A DNA stretch of 64,000 bases, counting the filler, from Octopus bimaculoides (Eukaryota): assembly GCF_001194135.2 (NCBI RefSeq). It is 5 parts of 5 records of this genome, joined end to end, with 100 filler letters (N's around TTAATTAATTAA, not from the genome) between each part and the next. Parts side by side here need not be neighbours in the genome. Positions count along the whole stretch, not along the records: positions 20,314 to 48,104 come from NC_068987.1; 4 more parts are not named here. One strand, 5' to 3'. Below, piece after piece: positions 23,240 through 36,920 of this stretch (the first letter of the stretch is position 1; every line of letters begins with the position of its first letter). The notes below the pieces were generated by a model. The model was not told the DNA's origin. It did no database searches and worked only from the letters and a program-made list of their open reading frames with translations. Position numbers and translations under genes: made by a program.

Positions 23240-24000
23240 TGTTTTAAGAGAGACACTTGCACAATGGACATCCTATAGATCGGTTAACTATACTGCACTG
23301 TGGTTGTGCTGTTTGTTTACATTTGAGGTTTCCTCACCTACCAGAATGATTCCACTTCATGTCGAAGTGGGTATTAAATGCGTTCATGGTATGCTATTTC
23401 ATGCTGCGGTATACACTTTGCGCGTTTAATGTAAATTTGCTGTTATTAGCCCCAGCTTATTATTAGTTCTGACAACAATGTTTTTGACATACTACAAGTA
23501 ATTCATGTTTAAGGACGACTAGCTTACTTGCGCCTATCGTCGGCAGTTTCCCGTAGATTTTAAATAGTAAGAAACTGCTTCATGTTTTCCCCCCAGGCCG
23601 CTGATGTTTTGCAGAGACGTTATCAATTTTGGCGGTGTTTTATCATTTCGTTGGATCTCTGTTACACTTATCTGTCAGCGAAATCGTAATCCAACATAAT
23701 TCAATAAAACATTCAACGTCCAACTGGAAGAAAATGGGCCATTCGATGTCTTTAGTAAATTTGATAAACCATAGATAACAACAATTCTGTAGGTTTTCCA
23801 TCAACTCCTGTCAGAATCGTTCATGGTGAGAGCCGTGTTATGAGTTGTTTGTATTCTTCACTCATTCGGATGTATTCCCAAGTTGCTACTGTATGTTTGT
23901 GTAACAATGGCAGTCCTATATCAGTGGTATAACTAATGATTTTGATTTGGCTGTGGTTCGTATTAATAGCCGTTTTCTCGAGGGCAGAATCTGTCGGGCT
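23240..24000 (-). mobile_element. Possible heavily degenerate LINE endonuclease relic
   Basis: Higher-complexity block with a minus-strand KTYRIVVIYG peptide like AP-endonuclease strands. All frames are broken. Confidence 0.25.
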
Positions 24001-24376
24001 ACGGATGCAGTTATTTGCAGCGCTTTTTAGATGGTGTATGTATGGTGGTATCGTCAGCAGTTCCTGAACATTTTGAATAGACTATCTTAAAATCACAGCT
24101 GGTGGTTCGTGAATTCCTTATGTATGTATGTATGTATGTATGTATGTATGTATGTATGTATGTATATGTGCGCATGTATTGATGCGTGTTTGTGTGTATG
24201 TATGTATATACACACAAATACTGTTTTAAACATCTTATCTTGGCATCTATGTTTATATATATCTGAACCTCCTGCCTTCCCGCCTTCTTGTCTATATGAC
24301 TACCAACTATCTACGTACCAACCTATATAGCTTGCTATTTAATCATTTACCTATCCGCATAGTTATCATCTCTATT

Positions 24377-24425
<49 letters not shown>

Positions 24426-24564
24426 AAGTGACTGAGGGTGCTAGTCAGTACCAGCATTGCTAGAAATGCACTCTCAGTCACTTTGGTAACGAATATATTT
24501 GTGACCTTTCGGTTGTAAATTGCGAATACCCACCTTAATAATTCATATATATATATGTATATAT

Positions 24565-24730
24565 ATATGTCTTTAATCTTTACTTGTTTCAGTCGTTTGA
24601 CTGTGGCCATGCTGGAGCACCGCCTTCAGTCGAGCAAATCGACCTCAGGACTTATTCTTTGTATGCCTAGAACTTATTCTATCGGTCTCTTTTGCCGAAC
24701 CGCTAAGTTACGGGGATGTAAACACACCAG
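24565..24730 (-). mobile_element. SINE family A 3' body, truncated
   Basis: Reverse complement of 35960-36120. Confidence 0.8.
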
Positions 24731-25690
24731 CATGACATTGGTGGCTTGGAGAGGGAAGACTAGTATGCATGGACGACTGCTAGCATTCCATAAACAATCT
24801 TGCCCGACTTGTGCCTCGGAGGGGGAACTTTCTAGGTGCAATCATTTGGTCATTCATGACTGAAAGGGGTTTTTACATTTACCTATCACTTTTTAATGCT
24901 ACTGATGTTACAATGAGTTTTACTGTTGTACTTTTTCGCTACTGATGTTACAATGAGTTGTACTGTTCTTGCATTCTTTCTTCTAATATGTTCTAAACGA
25001 TTGTTCATTTACACACTGCAGAAACATCTCATTGGTATTTCGACTTTACATTACATGCTCTGACAAAATTGTTCAAGTAATCGTCATATTCTAAAATGTT
25101 TTCTTCATAAATTCAGGGAAAATACTTTAATATTGTTTAAATTTGATTTTAAACTGAAAATGTTTTGATAATTATAAATAATTAATATGTTGTAACGGCA
25201 TCCAATTATATTACAAACAATTAAATTCAGGATTGAAACACTGGCAAGGAGGCACATTTAGTAACAGCTCAGCAATAGTTTATTAACAGGTGTTAATAAA
25301 TTTATACTACGCAATCTTGAAGATAGTGAGATGATCTAAATATTTTCTGTCTATCCCTGTTTAGTTTATCCCTTATTTAGTGTACCCCTATTTTTAGTGT
25401 ACCTTTAAGACGGTAGTGTGAATTGAGAGTTGCTACTCCTAGAATATCGAGCGATCGTGTAAAGGCTCCATGCTGTGACAAAATAAGTCGGATATTGTTG
25501 GTAGTAGTCACTTAGTCACTTAGTGGAAATGTGTATAAACTATTAGTTTCTTACTAAATCTCGATTATTCCAAAACTATAGCCATTTATATAATGAAGAA
25601 GTGGTTAAAATACGATAAAAAATTCTCAAAATCCTACTCTTTTGGCATAGAGTAAGTCAAATGAAACTCAATTGCAATGAAAATTTATAT

Positions 25691-26001
25691 CAGGGGTTCT
25701 CAACCATTTTTTAATCTATAGACCCATTGGATTACTATTTTATTCTGGTGGACCCTCAACCATTCGATGTTTAAAAACTGGTTTTATAGAAACTTCTTTC
25801 AAAATTCCATTTTTTTTTCGTACATAAACTCGTGTAGGTTGAACAATGTAAAATGTTAAAGAAAGAAGCCTGTTTCTTGCAATGCATACCAAGACATACC
25901 AATATTCTTAAGCAGAATCTTTTACAGTTTTGTTGCGTTGACTCCCCCAAAATCTTATATGGTCCCTCAGCGGCCATAGGGACCCCGGTTGAGAACCGCC
26001 G
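25691..26001. mobile_element. hAT-type MITE
   Basis: Ends CAGGGGTTCTCAACC ... GGTTGAGAACCGCCG form an imperfect TIR. The 8-bp TSD is ATTTATAT / CTTTATAT. Confidence 0.8.
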
Positions 26002-26548
26002 CTTTATATAATTTGTGAAATGTTGAAATACGAGCTCACAGAGCCCTTTTAATTAGGCATCGTTCAGCAACTAAACATAAGAAATACTGAAGTAAAATGT
26101 TCAAATTTGCTATAAAATAACAAAGCAATGTTTTCCCAGTAGCAAAATAACAAAATTAGAACTAAAGTTAATTGCATTTATTCCTTGTTATGCATATTTT
26201 CGTTAATAATTAAGAACTTATTAATTAATATATGAATTCCTTCATCGTTAATTGCATCGTTAATTTGAAACTACATATGAATGCACAATACTTACAAAAA
26301 TGTCTGTCGCTCCTTCCCTACTGAGAGAACAAATTGAAGACATGCCGTATTTACTCGTGTTTAAGTTGCTCTATTTTATTCATAGTTTTAACTGAAAAGA
26401 ACCGTGGTGTGACTTATACACGGAGAAAAGCCAAAACTATGGAAGGAAGTAATTTTGTACCAAAATTTATCACTAAATTTCGGAGGTAACTTATATGCGA
26501 TTGGATACGGTAGCAGTCTGTTGTCTTTGAATTTAGATGTGACAACTA

Positions 26549-26774
26549 TTGAGTTGTCTGGAAAGTTCGTGCCGATTTATAGTAGCTTACCATTCGACTT
26601 ATTTGCCATGAAACCACCTGAACTCTGGGAAGAGGGTATTTTCAAGTTAAAGGAAAGATGGAGACGCATTGTGCAACAAAATGGTTCATATTTCGTTGAT
26701 TAAAAATGTAATGGCAAGTATTTATTAACCTTTTTCTTTCCTTTACAATCGGCACGAACTTTCGGACAAACCAA
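26549..26774 (+). mobile_element. Internally deleted mariner element
   Basis: TIRs TTG(A/G)GTTGTC(T/C)GGAAAGTTCGTGCCGATT at both ends, TA on both sides. The interior keeps the transposase C-terminus KPPELWEEGIFKLKERWRRIVQQNGSYFVD*. Confidence 0.9.
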
Positions 26775-26879
26775 TAATATTACTTGTAAAAAGCAGCTGT
26801 GCGCCACGCGCGTCTTAGATATTACAACAAATAACAAAATGTAATTGTATATGAGTTCTTAATATCAATTTCTGTTAAG

Positions 26880-27327
26880 GTGGTAAGCTGGCAAAATGGT
26901 TACTACATCGGACAAAACGCTTAGCGACAATTCGTCCGTCTTTACGTTTTGAGTTCAAATTCCACCGAAGTCGACTTATCTTTTTATCCTTTCGAAGTCG
27001 ATAAAATAAGTACCGGTTTATCACTGGGGTCGATGTTATCAGCTTACCTTACCCCCCGAAATTGCTGACCTTGTGCTAAAGTTTGAAACCAATATTAATT
27101 CCTGCTAAGGCTGCGAGCTGGCAGAATCGTTACTGCGCCAGACAAAATGCTTAGCGACATTTCGTCCGTCCTTACGTTCTGAGTTCAAATTCTACCGAGG
27201 TCGGCTTAGCCTTTCATCCTCTCGAGGTCGATAAAATAAGTACCGGTTTATCACTGGGGTCGATGTAATCGACTTACCTATTTCCATGAAATTGCTGGCC
27301 CTGTGCCAAAATGTGAAACCAATACCA
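26880..27327 (+). mobile_element. Tandem dimer of SINE family B (230-bp period)
   Basis: Two head-to-tail copies. A 20-bp flank recurs at 26861, 27091 and 27321. Confidence 0.85.
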
Positions 27328-27849
27328 ATTCCTGTTAAGAAAACTACTGCTGAAATGTAGCGCCAGGATGTGAAATCGTTCACCAGTGATGTTGGAATTA
27401 ATACTAAAAACTCTTACAACAAACGTATCTTCAAACCTTTGTTGCGTTAATAATTCTCTCTCTGTCTCCCACCTCTATCTCTACGTTAAAGAAATTCGAT
27501 AATCCAAGCTTGATTCTCATAAAATACATTTACTATTCTCTTCATCTAACACGTTCTCATGCAGCTGAAGAATTTACCATTTAACATTGACTATCTGTCA
27601 AAGGAAAAACTAACAACTGGTTCTACAGCTCAGCGCTGTGAAGAGTCTCTTACACGGAAGTATACAAATTATTTAAAAACAGCGACGAATCAATTGCAAA
27701 GAGTTCCACTTTCAGCCATAAAATTGTTAGCCTGAAGTAGCATGTAAGATGATATTTTCGCCAGTTTGGATGTATAACAATTACAAATTTAAAATGGCAT
27801 CTTCTAGTTGCGAGAAGTACTATGCAAGGGAATTTAACTACATGCTATA

Positions 27850-28235
27850 TCCTTTTACTAGTTTCAGTCATTAGACTACAGCCATGCTGGGGTACTTTCT
27901 TGAAGGGTTTTGCCAAATAAATCGTCCCCGGTACTTTTTAGTCTTAAAGCCTGGTACTTATTCTATCGGCATGTTTTGTCGAACTGCTAAGTTACGGGGA
28001 CGTAAATAAACCGACACAGATTGTCAAGCGTTTGAGGTGGAACTGACAAAACACACGCACACACGCACACACACACACGTATGCATATACATGTGTGTAT
28101 GTGCATACGTCGGCTTTTCACACAGTTTTCGTCTCCCGAATTTACTCGGCCCGGGGCTTTAGTACAGCAGTGGGACTGAAATCGAAACCATGTGATTGCA
28201 AAGCGAGCTTTTTAACCTCATAGCCATGTCCGCGC
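27850..28235 (-). mobile_element. SINE family A, older copy
   Basis: Degenerate body and head similar to 35686-36125. Confidence 0.7.
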
Positions 28236-28607
28236 ATATCGTAGAAATAACTAATAAAGTTTATTTAGCATTTCCGAGACCCGTGCGAAGTGAATTTGAA
28301 GAAATCGCTGCTCCAAAGACAACAGCAGCAATAACAGTAACGGTAATAATAACAGTAATTCTTTCTAATTTTGGCAGAAGAATTTTGAGAGGAGCGTGTA
28401 AGTCAAATACATCGACCCCAGGGTTCAACTGGTACTTTTTAATATCGATCCCAAAAGGTTAAAAAATGAAGTCAACCTCGGCGGGATTTGAGCTCCGATG
28501 TGTAAATATGTGTATGCGTACATGTATAAGTATATATATATATATATGTGTGTGAGTGTGTGTGTGTGTATGCATCTATATATACATGTACACACATTAG
28601 CATATTC

Positions 28608-28649
<42 letters not shown>

Positions 28650-29201
28650 GCATATATATCTATGTATATATATAAAACTTCACGCACACTCGTATACACA
28701 TAGTCACAAATACACGCTACCCCACACGCACGCACACACACATCCTACCACGGATATTGTCTTAATAAAGTCTGTGGAATTATTTCCACCGTATTCTCAA
28801 TTTCAGTATGAAAGGATGCGAATATTCTGGAATATTGCTTTTGTCAATACTTTAAAGAGACATTGTCACATGATTGTAAAATAACAGTTCTCATTTTTCC
28901 AATTGGCTTCTCGAAATACAATGGCGTAAATGAAATTAAGTTTATTGCTTCATATTTTCGTCTCTACCTTAGACATTATTGTTAAGTTTTTCTATTGGAG
29001 GTTTTTTGTTTCTGAAATATATATATATATATATTGAAAACAATGTGCAGTCTGACATCCGTAGAGACGTACCCTATGTTATAAAAACTGTAAAAATATA
29101 TTGTTTTGTTTAGTTTAAGAATAAGCTAGGAAATAAAGCAGTCTCTAAGCGCTATTTATCCTATATAATCACATGTATTAGTTATTTTGTTTTATCAACA
29201 A

Positions 29202-29262
<61 letters not shown>

Positions 29263-31108
29263 TTAAATATATAGCTAATGTAATTTCGCCAAGCGAAACC
29301 AATAAATAGTTTGGTTATTTGACAATAGAGTGGTGAGACAAATTGTCAGACAACGAAAATAGGATTATTATGGATATTTCAACTGACATTTCTCATTAGA
29401 ATCAGAGCCCTTGATTAACGGCGTCAAAATCTAAAGAAAAAAAAAAAGAATGTAAAGATAAAACGAAAGAAAACCAGAAAAAAATGGAAAGTAATGGAAA
29501 CGTGGACGACAAAAACAAAGTACGACTCGACAGTAAATTCAACGGCTTTAAATTGTTTAAATGATATACATTATCTAATGTGTACCTTTCTCATTGGATA
29601 GAAAGGTGTGATTTGAGTGAGAAATTTGGCTGCTATATTTAACAGGTCAAGTGATCACGTAGAAGGGTTATTCGTTGACTCGTTTAGTGAAACACTGTTG
29701 ACGAATATCAAAAAAAAGTACTCCAACGTTTTCATGAACTCGTTAATAAACTAGTGCAAATCGACTGCGGTATTCGTACGGAGATAACATTTCTTACGGA
29801 CGTGCTGTGTTTAAAAACACAATATACATCGAGGGAAGACGACAACCGCTCCGGCAGCGGTTAGTAAGAACGCCAGGTGAATTTCTGCTCGTTGGACTAT
29901 TTAATTCAATACTACTTCTGTTGCATATAACAGGTATATATATATATATATATATATATANNNNNNNNNNNNNNNNNNNNNNNNNNNNNNNNNNNNNNNN
30001 NNNNNNNNNNNNNNNNNNNNNNNNNNNNNNNNNNNNNNNNNNNNNNNNNNNNNNNNNNNNNNNNNNNNNNNNNNNNNNNNNNNNNNNNNNNNNNNNNNNN
30101 NNNNNNNNNNNNNNNNNNNNNNNNNNNNNNNNNNNNNNNNNNNNNNNNNNNNNNNNNNNNNNNNNNNNNNNNNNNNNNNNNNNNNNNNNNNNNNNNNNNN
30201 NNNNNNNNNNNNNNNNNNNNNNNNNNNNNNNNNNNNNNNNNNNNNNNNNNNNNNNNNNNNNNNNNNNNNNNNNNNNNNNNNNNNNNNNNNNNNNNNNNNN
30301 NNNNNNNNNNNNNNNNNNNNNNNNNNNNNNNNNNNNNNNNNNNNNNNNNNNNNNNNNNNNNNNNNNNNNNNNNNNNNNNNNNNNNNNNNNNNNNNNNNNN
30401 NNNNNNNNNNNNNNNNNNNNNNNNNNNNNNNNNNNNNNNNNNNNNNNNNNNNNNNNNNNNNNNNNNNNNNNNNNNNNNNNNNNNNNNNNNNNNNNNNNNN
30501 NNNNNNNNNNNNNNNNNNNNNNNNNNNNNNNNNNNNNNNNNNNNNNNNNNNNNNNNNNNNNNNNNNNNNNNNNNNNNNNNNNNNNNNNNNNNNNNNNNNN
30601 NNNNNNNNNNNNNNNNNNNNNNAAAAAAAAAAAAAAAAAAAAAAAAAAGAAAAATAAAGAAACACGAGGTCGTATGTCTTATGTTAGAAATCAGTATTTT
30701 GATATTAGTGGAATGGCATTACAAACGAAAAGTATAGTTCATGGAATAGAAACGGTAACCTTTAAAGCCGGTTCATGTCTAAGAAAATGTCAATATCTGT
30801 GAGAGAAATCATTCCTGTTTGGCGATAGAGGTTAGACATTTTATTAAGTAGACAACCATCTCGTTAGAACTATCACAGCAACAGCTGACACAGGCTGTCA
30901 TAGATGCGAACATTCTAAACGGGCGCTGGAATCGATCAAGAGGTGTCAATAATTCTACGTGATTGGAAATGGAAATGTCAGTCTGATAGAAAGGAAACTT
31001 GGAACTTGGAAAAACGATAATGTACTAATGTAAAGCTATTGGGAAATTGGAATTTCAGAGTGAAAATTACTTTTGATTACTTTTTTTATTTCTGTATGAC
31101 TCTCTCTG

Positions 31109-31166
<58 letters not shown>

Positions 31167-31170
<4 letters not shown>

Positions 31171-31392
31171 TTAAGGAATGGAGAAAACGCATGTTATAAC
31201 TGCATACTTTATTCCTACATATGTTTCAAAGGATTACAACCTATGTGATCCATTTCCCATGCATTACCTAAAGAGAAGGTTACAATTTTAACATCACAGA
31301 TTCCTATGGATCACATAGGTTGTAATCCTTTGAAACATATGTAGGAATAAAGTATGCAGTTATAACATGCGTTTTCTCCATTCCTTAAATTT
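31167..31392. repeat. Perfect 87-bp inverted repeat with 52-bp spacer
   Basis: 31167-31253 is the exact reverse complement of 31306-31392 (checked by eye). Confidence 0.95.
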
Positions 31393-31551
31393 TTAAATAT
31401 ACTCAAATACCCAAAATTTCAAGGAGTTTCTGCCTCAAAAACAGGAACTAAACCACAGTTATTTTGTGTTCTTTGCTACCTTGGTTTCTATTAACCCATT
31501 TATTCTATCCGAAGAATTTTTATTCATTAAGATAGAAGAAATACATATAAT

Positions 31552-31589
<38 letters not shown>

Positions 31590-32096
31590 GCGTGTGCATG
31601 TTTATACAGGTTTGTTGTGATTCCTCTAATACAGGTTAGGTGTCTTAATATATCTTGCCACATGCCATCGAATACTTTTCCAAATCGCAAAGCCTTGCAG
31701 GGCTGTTTATTTTGCATCTTCGGTGTTCGTAGACGTTAGTCAGCCCAGAGTAGAGTCAAGATACAAGGCACTTGTTCCAGATACCGTACAGTGGGATCGA
31801 ACCCCGAATCACATGGTTGCTAAATGAACGCCTTTTCCACAAAACTAATGTCAGCGTGGAATTTTCAAGTTGGAGAATGTGAAATCGTGGCTGGAATCGA
31901 TCGAATTTCTCAGCGTTTTACTGCATCGCATCATGAACTCGCGGCACCAACTATGGAGTGAACTTAGTGAACTGTTTCATCTAAAAGATGAAATAATTAA
32001 AGATATTCGTTATTAGCAACGGAAGCAGTATTAATTGAGAATAGCATTCTGTATATCGTACTTAACGTGTATATGCTATAGAAAGCCACAGCACAA

Positions 32097-32262
32097 TATT
32101 TGTCTTGAGAAAGCGTTTCGGATAGACGTATAGTGCTAAAAAGCACAGATGTGCATCACTAGTCGGCAAACACCGCCACCACTGGACGCTTTTCGTTACT
32201 ACTGATAGTTCTGAGCTTTTTAACACTATACGTCTATACGAGAAGCTTTCTCAAGACGAATA
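32097..32262. repeat. Imperfect ~48-bp inverted repeat (MITE-like hairpin)
   Basis: TATTTGTCTTGAGAAAGCGTTTCGGATAGACGTATAGTGCTAAAAAGC against the reverse complement of 32215-32262. Confidence 0.75.
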
Positions 32263-33018
32263 CCGCAATTTTGTAGCTTTCACGTTAATCCATAAAGTGC
32301 CAAAGTACTTAAATTTCTGAATATTACTTTTAAATTTTCACAGATGATTGAAATTAGGTTAAAATGAAAAACATCAATTATTAAAACCCATTTACTTCAA
32401 GTAGAAATGTAAATAAGACACTGGGACAATGTGATATAGCTTATTTGATATTGTCATTTAGTATTCTATTTATAGGACAGTGGGACTTAATGAAATTTAT
32501 TAAGTAAGATATAAATATTGCAATTGAAGATATGTCTTTGGTTAGAAACAAAGCTTCGCTCATGAAAGCGTCTGAACTACCAATGTACTAACATTATCGG
32601 TCCACCATTTTGTCCTGTACACAATCCACTCAACTGTTCACGCTATCCGACTCTAAACCTAAACTTACGCACGCGCACACACATACCTGTGCATACATAC
32701 AGATCCACTCACAAGCATACACGTATGTTTGTGAGAGGATCTGTATGTAAACGTAGTCTTTAACCCATGTACAAGCGTTCATACAAATACAAAACTCATT
32801 GAATGACGCATAGATACAAACAGGCGTGCTAACACTATCGCAAAGGTACAGATGCATACATATGCATTCATTCAGACACAAACACACACTTAAAGACATA
32901 TAGATTCAATACATTCATGCAATATGTAACACACACACATAAATACCCACATCAAAACGAAGAAAGAAAGAAAAAAATGAGCAAACAAATAGTACATACA
33001 CATACATTGGCAAATACA

Positions 33019-33053
<35 letters not shown>

Positions 33054-33123
33054 CTAAACATGACCGTACACACCATGAAACACATATTGCCTCGGGCATG
33101 CGCACACTTTATGAGGTTTGTAG

Positions 33124-33226
<103 letters not shown>

Positions 33227-33704
33227 CTTACACACACGCACACGCACATATCTTCACGTACTCGTTTGTATGTATACATGTGTGTATTCGTATGCACATA
33301 CACGAAATTATCTGAAGTAAAACTCAAACGATTTCTCCTTCTAGTGTAAAATTTATAATTAGCTACTGATAAATTATTAGTGTTATGAAAGTAATTAATT
33401 TTACAATTAGAGAAATAGCCGATTACCAGCACTATTATTATTACAGTTATTTATTGGTTAATTTCGAATATTTTTTTTTGACGGTCTTATTTTTATTACC
33501 TAATTTTCATCGCACAGTCGAGCGCGACTCTGTATGCCTTGGGTGTATGTTATGTTTTATTGAATACTTAATGTATTGGCAATACTCTATGCGATACGTG
33601 AGCGTGCGCAGGCGCAGTGTACCGTAGTACCATATTCTGTGTACATGTGTTCGTTTAAAAACCAGGGATTTGGGGTATGTATTTATCTGCATGCTTGTTT
33701 TCAT

Positions 33705-33730
33705 TCCTCCTCCTCCTCCTCCTCCTCCCC

Positions 33731-33762
<32 letters not shown>

Positions 33763-33815
33763 GCTGCTGCTGCTACCGCCACTGTGGTATTGAACAGAAT
33801 ATTTGCTGTAGCCCA

Positions 33816-33910
<95 letters not shown>
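33705..33910. repeat. Compound microsatellite (CCT)n(CTA)n(CTG)n...(TTA)n
   Basis: Direct observation; it explains the poly-P/T/A/L/Y/I ORFs. Confidence 0.95.
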
Positions 33911-34134
33911 CGAGATTGATTCTGTTCTCACTCCTCGTATTCTGGTTCTTCTATTTCCAGATATTTAAGACTTAGATAACACCCCACCACAGCTATTTCT
34001 TTCAGTGGTTGTTTTCGTCCATTGGAATTGATATATCGACCATCATCGTCATCATCATCATTATCATCATCACCATCGTCATTTAAGGCGCCTTGCTGTC
34101 ATAATCTTTAGCGTATTTTGGACGCATAGCACCG

Positions 34135-34780
34135 ATATCCACAAGAGTTCAACCCCACCTATAATTAGAAACCTGGTTTCGGGCATTAGCAAACGGGTAT
34201 CTAAACTCTCAGCTAATACGGAGATCTTTAATAGGGCCGCTACTCCACTACAACGATGCTTTAGCTAAGAGCGGATTTTCTGAGAAGTTTACTTATGTGA
34301 ACGAATTCCAACCCCCCCTCTCCTCACCCTAAGAGAATTAGGAAAAGGAAAATGATATGGTATAATCCCCTTTTTAACTTAGAAATTTCTACCAACGTAT
34401 CCAGGGGCTTCCTGTCATTATTAAAGAAACATTTCCCCAGAGGCAATAAGTATAATAAAGTCTTCAACCCTCATAATGTCAAGGTAAGCTACACCATCCG
34501 ATGGTATTACAAGGCACTACACGGGAATGACAGCCAATGACTTCAAATGATGATATACCCAGCACTTGCATTCATTTAGGAAGAGAGAACTCCATTTCCC
34601 TGCCGCGGTTTCTCTGGGGATTTCGTGATTTCCAAGACGAAACACCCAGCATCAAGTGGAGTATTATCGACAGGGCGTGACAGGGCGTCATCATATTCAC
34701 CCAGCGCCCCTAACTGTGAGTTGTGCCTCCGCGAAAAACTGCATATCATCTACCAGCCTGCAGTATCCATCAACAAGAAA

Positions 34781-34790
<10 letters not shown>
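34135..34790 (+). mobile_element. Penelope-like element fragment (RT thumb/linker plus GIY-YIG end), internally deleted
   Basis: Reads PPIIRNLVSGISKRVSKLS...RKRKMIWYNPLFNLEISTNVSRGFLSLLKKHFP...KVFNPHNVKVSY. It then gives YTGMTANDFK..H..SFR, KWSIIDRA and CELCLREKLHII..INKK across frameshifts. Confidence 0.85.
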
Positions 34791-34816
<26 letters not shown>

Positions 34817-35065
34817 CAGTTGTTGTCCTGCCATAAGTCATTCTTGATAAGGTTGACGTATGATCAAAGCATATGACGGTCATGACGATTCTGCATTTCA
34901 TTCAAGCATAGTGTATCGAGGATTACATTATGGAATGTGTCCTTCAGTTGGCTGTGATATGGGGACGATAATTTGGCCTTGATTTTTAACAGGTCGAATG
35001 AGTCGCTCTCACTACCACCACGTCGTTGTGCAGCAAATGTAGAGACCTTCTGTTTAAGTAGCTAC

Positions 35066-35410
35066 AGTAACACACCAGAAAGAATGGAAGCAGAGAAGTA
35101 CAATAAACGAAAAAAATAAAAGAAAGGAAAAAGCAGAAAGAAGAAAAAAACTGAAATAGTAACAATCACGATAACTACATAAAGATAAGCGAGCGGAAGT
35201 AACAAACACAAAAAGAGCAAGAACAACAACAGCAGCACACACAAAAGCAAGAAACACAAAAAAGAACAAGAGCAACGACGACGATAACACACCAGAAAGA
35301 ATGGAAGCAGCGAAGCAACATAAACGTAAATGAAAAAGAAAAAAGACTGACACAATAGCAATTACGAAAACAATACGAAGATAACCGAGCGGCAGTAACA
35401 ACAACAGCAA
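35066..35410. repeat. Degenerate tandem duplication (~218-bp period), A-rich
   Basis: TAACACACCAGAAAGAATGGAAGCAG...GATAA(G/C)CGAGCGG(A/C)AGTAACAA occurs twice. Confidence 0.7.
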
Positions 35411-35685
35411 CAACAACAACAACAACAACAACAACAACGACGACAGCAACAACAGTCACAATAATGTTAATTATGATGACGATGACGATGACAACGAAAT
35501 ATTCATCAAAATTGAAAAGCCGGTTGACTTTGTCGAAATGTTCGTCAAATGATTCTGATGTCCCGATGAAGAAGTGTGTATATGCGTATGCGTATGTGTA
35601 AGGATTTGAATGTAAAATACCGTATGAAGAGAGGTGGGGCTGTAATCTTGCGGAAACGAACTCATGGTACAAATTCGTGGAAGTA

Positions 35686-35856
35686 TAGGCGCAGGAGTGG
35701 CTGTGTGGTAAGTAGCTTGCTTACCAGCCTCATGGTTCCTGGTTCAGTCCCACTGCGTGGCACCTTGGGCAAGTGTCTTCTACTATAGCCTCGGGCCGAC
35801 CAAAGCCGTGTGAGTGGATTTGGTAGACGGAAATTGAAAGAAGCCCGTCGTATATA

Positions 35857-35923
<67 letters not shown>

Positions 35924-36125
35924 TTGTGTGTCTGTGTTTGTCCCCCCACCATCGCTTGACGACCGATGCTGGTGTGTTTACGTCCCCGTAACATAGCGGT
36001 TCGGCAAAAAGAGATCTATAGAATAAGTACTAGGCTTCCAAAGAATAAGTCCTGGGGTCGATTTTCTCGATTAAAGGCGGTGCTCCAGCATGGCCGCAGT
36101 CAAATGGCTGAAACAAGTAAAAGAG
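35686..36125 (+). mobile_element. Full-length SINE family A (tRNA head, CORE-like GGCACCTTGGGCAAG block, internal (TA)n, 3' body)
   Basis: A-box TGTGTGGTAAG and B-box GGTTCAGTCCC. It has many homologues across the window. Confidence 0.9.
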
Positions 36126-36849
36126 GATGTATATCTTAGCCCCTAGTCTCTGATACTAAATATTTTGCTGAAAAGCTAAAGTCAGAAAAGAATATGAAGG
36201 TATGTCGGTCGGTCGGTCGGAGTGAGAGCGAACAATGAGAAAGTAGGACGTAAGCAAATCATATCGGAAATGAATAAGCGGATAAGACATAAAATACTCT
36301 TGTGAATAAATGAAACTGACAGATAGGATGACGAATTAACTACACATAAGCGATGTTTCATAGCTTGATCGATTTATTTATAAAACATTAATGACTAGAA
36401 TTTGATGGATCAAGCACATACTTATCATTTTCAATTTCTGTTCATTATTGAAGAAGAAAAAAAAATGTTTGATTAAAATTGGCAAATAGTTTTCTCTCCA
36501 ATGTTATATTTGGAAAACAAGAAGAGAAAGAAGCAGAGGAAAAAAAAAAAGGACGGGAAGAATTTTTTTCATTAATGTAAAATTTATGGAATATATTAAT
36601 GTGAATACTTAAACAGACGCAGATATGGTTGCCTGGTTAAAAAGTTCACTTAGTAACCACATGGTTGCAGGTTCATTTCTGCTGCGCGACATCTTGACTA
36701 ATGGTCTTCTGTGTCTTTTATAGCTTTGGGTTGATCAATGTCTTGTGAGTGAATTCGGTAGACAGAAACTGCGTGGAAGCTGGCCATATATATAAACTTA
36801 CTTGTAAATGAATGCGTGGCGTTCAATCAAATAATATAAATAATATACA

Positions 36850-36920
<71 letters not shown>

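Noticed and set aside
34135-34790. Functional link between the Penelope element and TERT (related RT lineages)
   Set aside because: The relic is 15 kb away in a different assembly block, and such elements are common. Proximity is uninformative.
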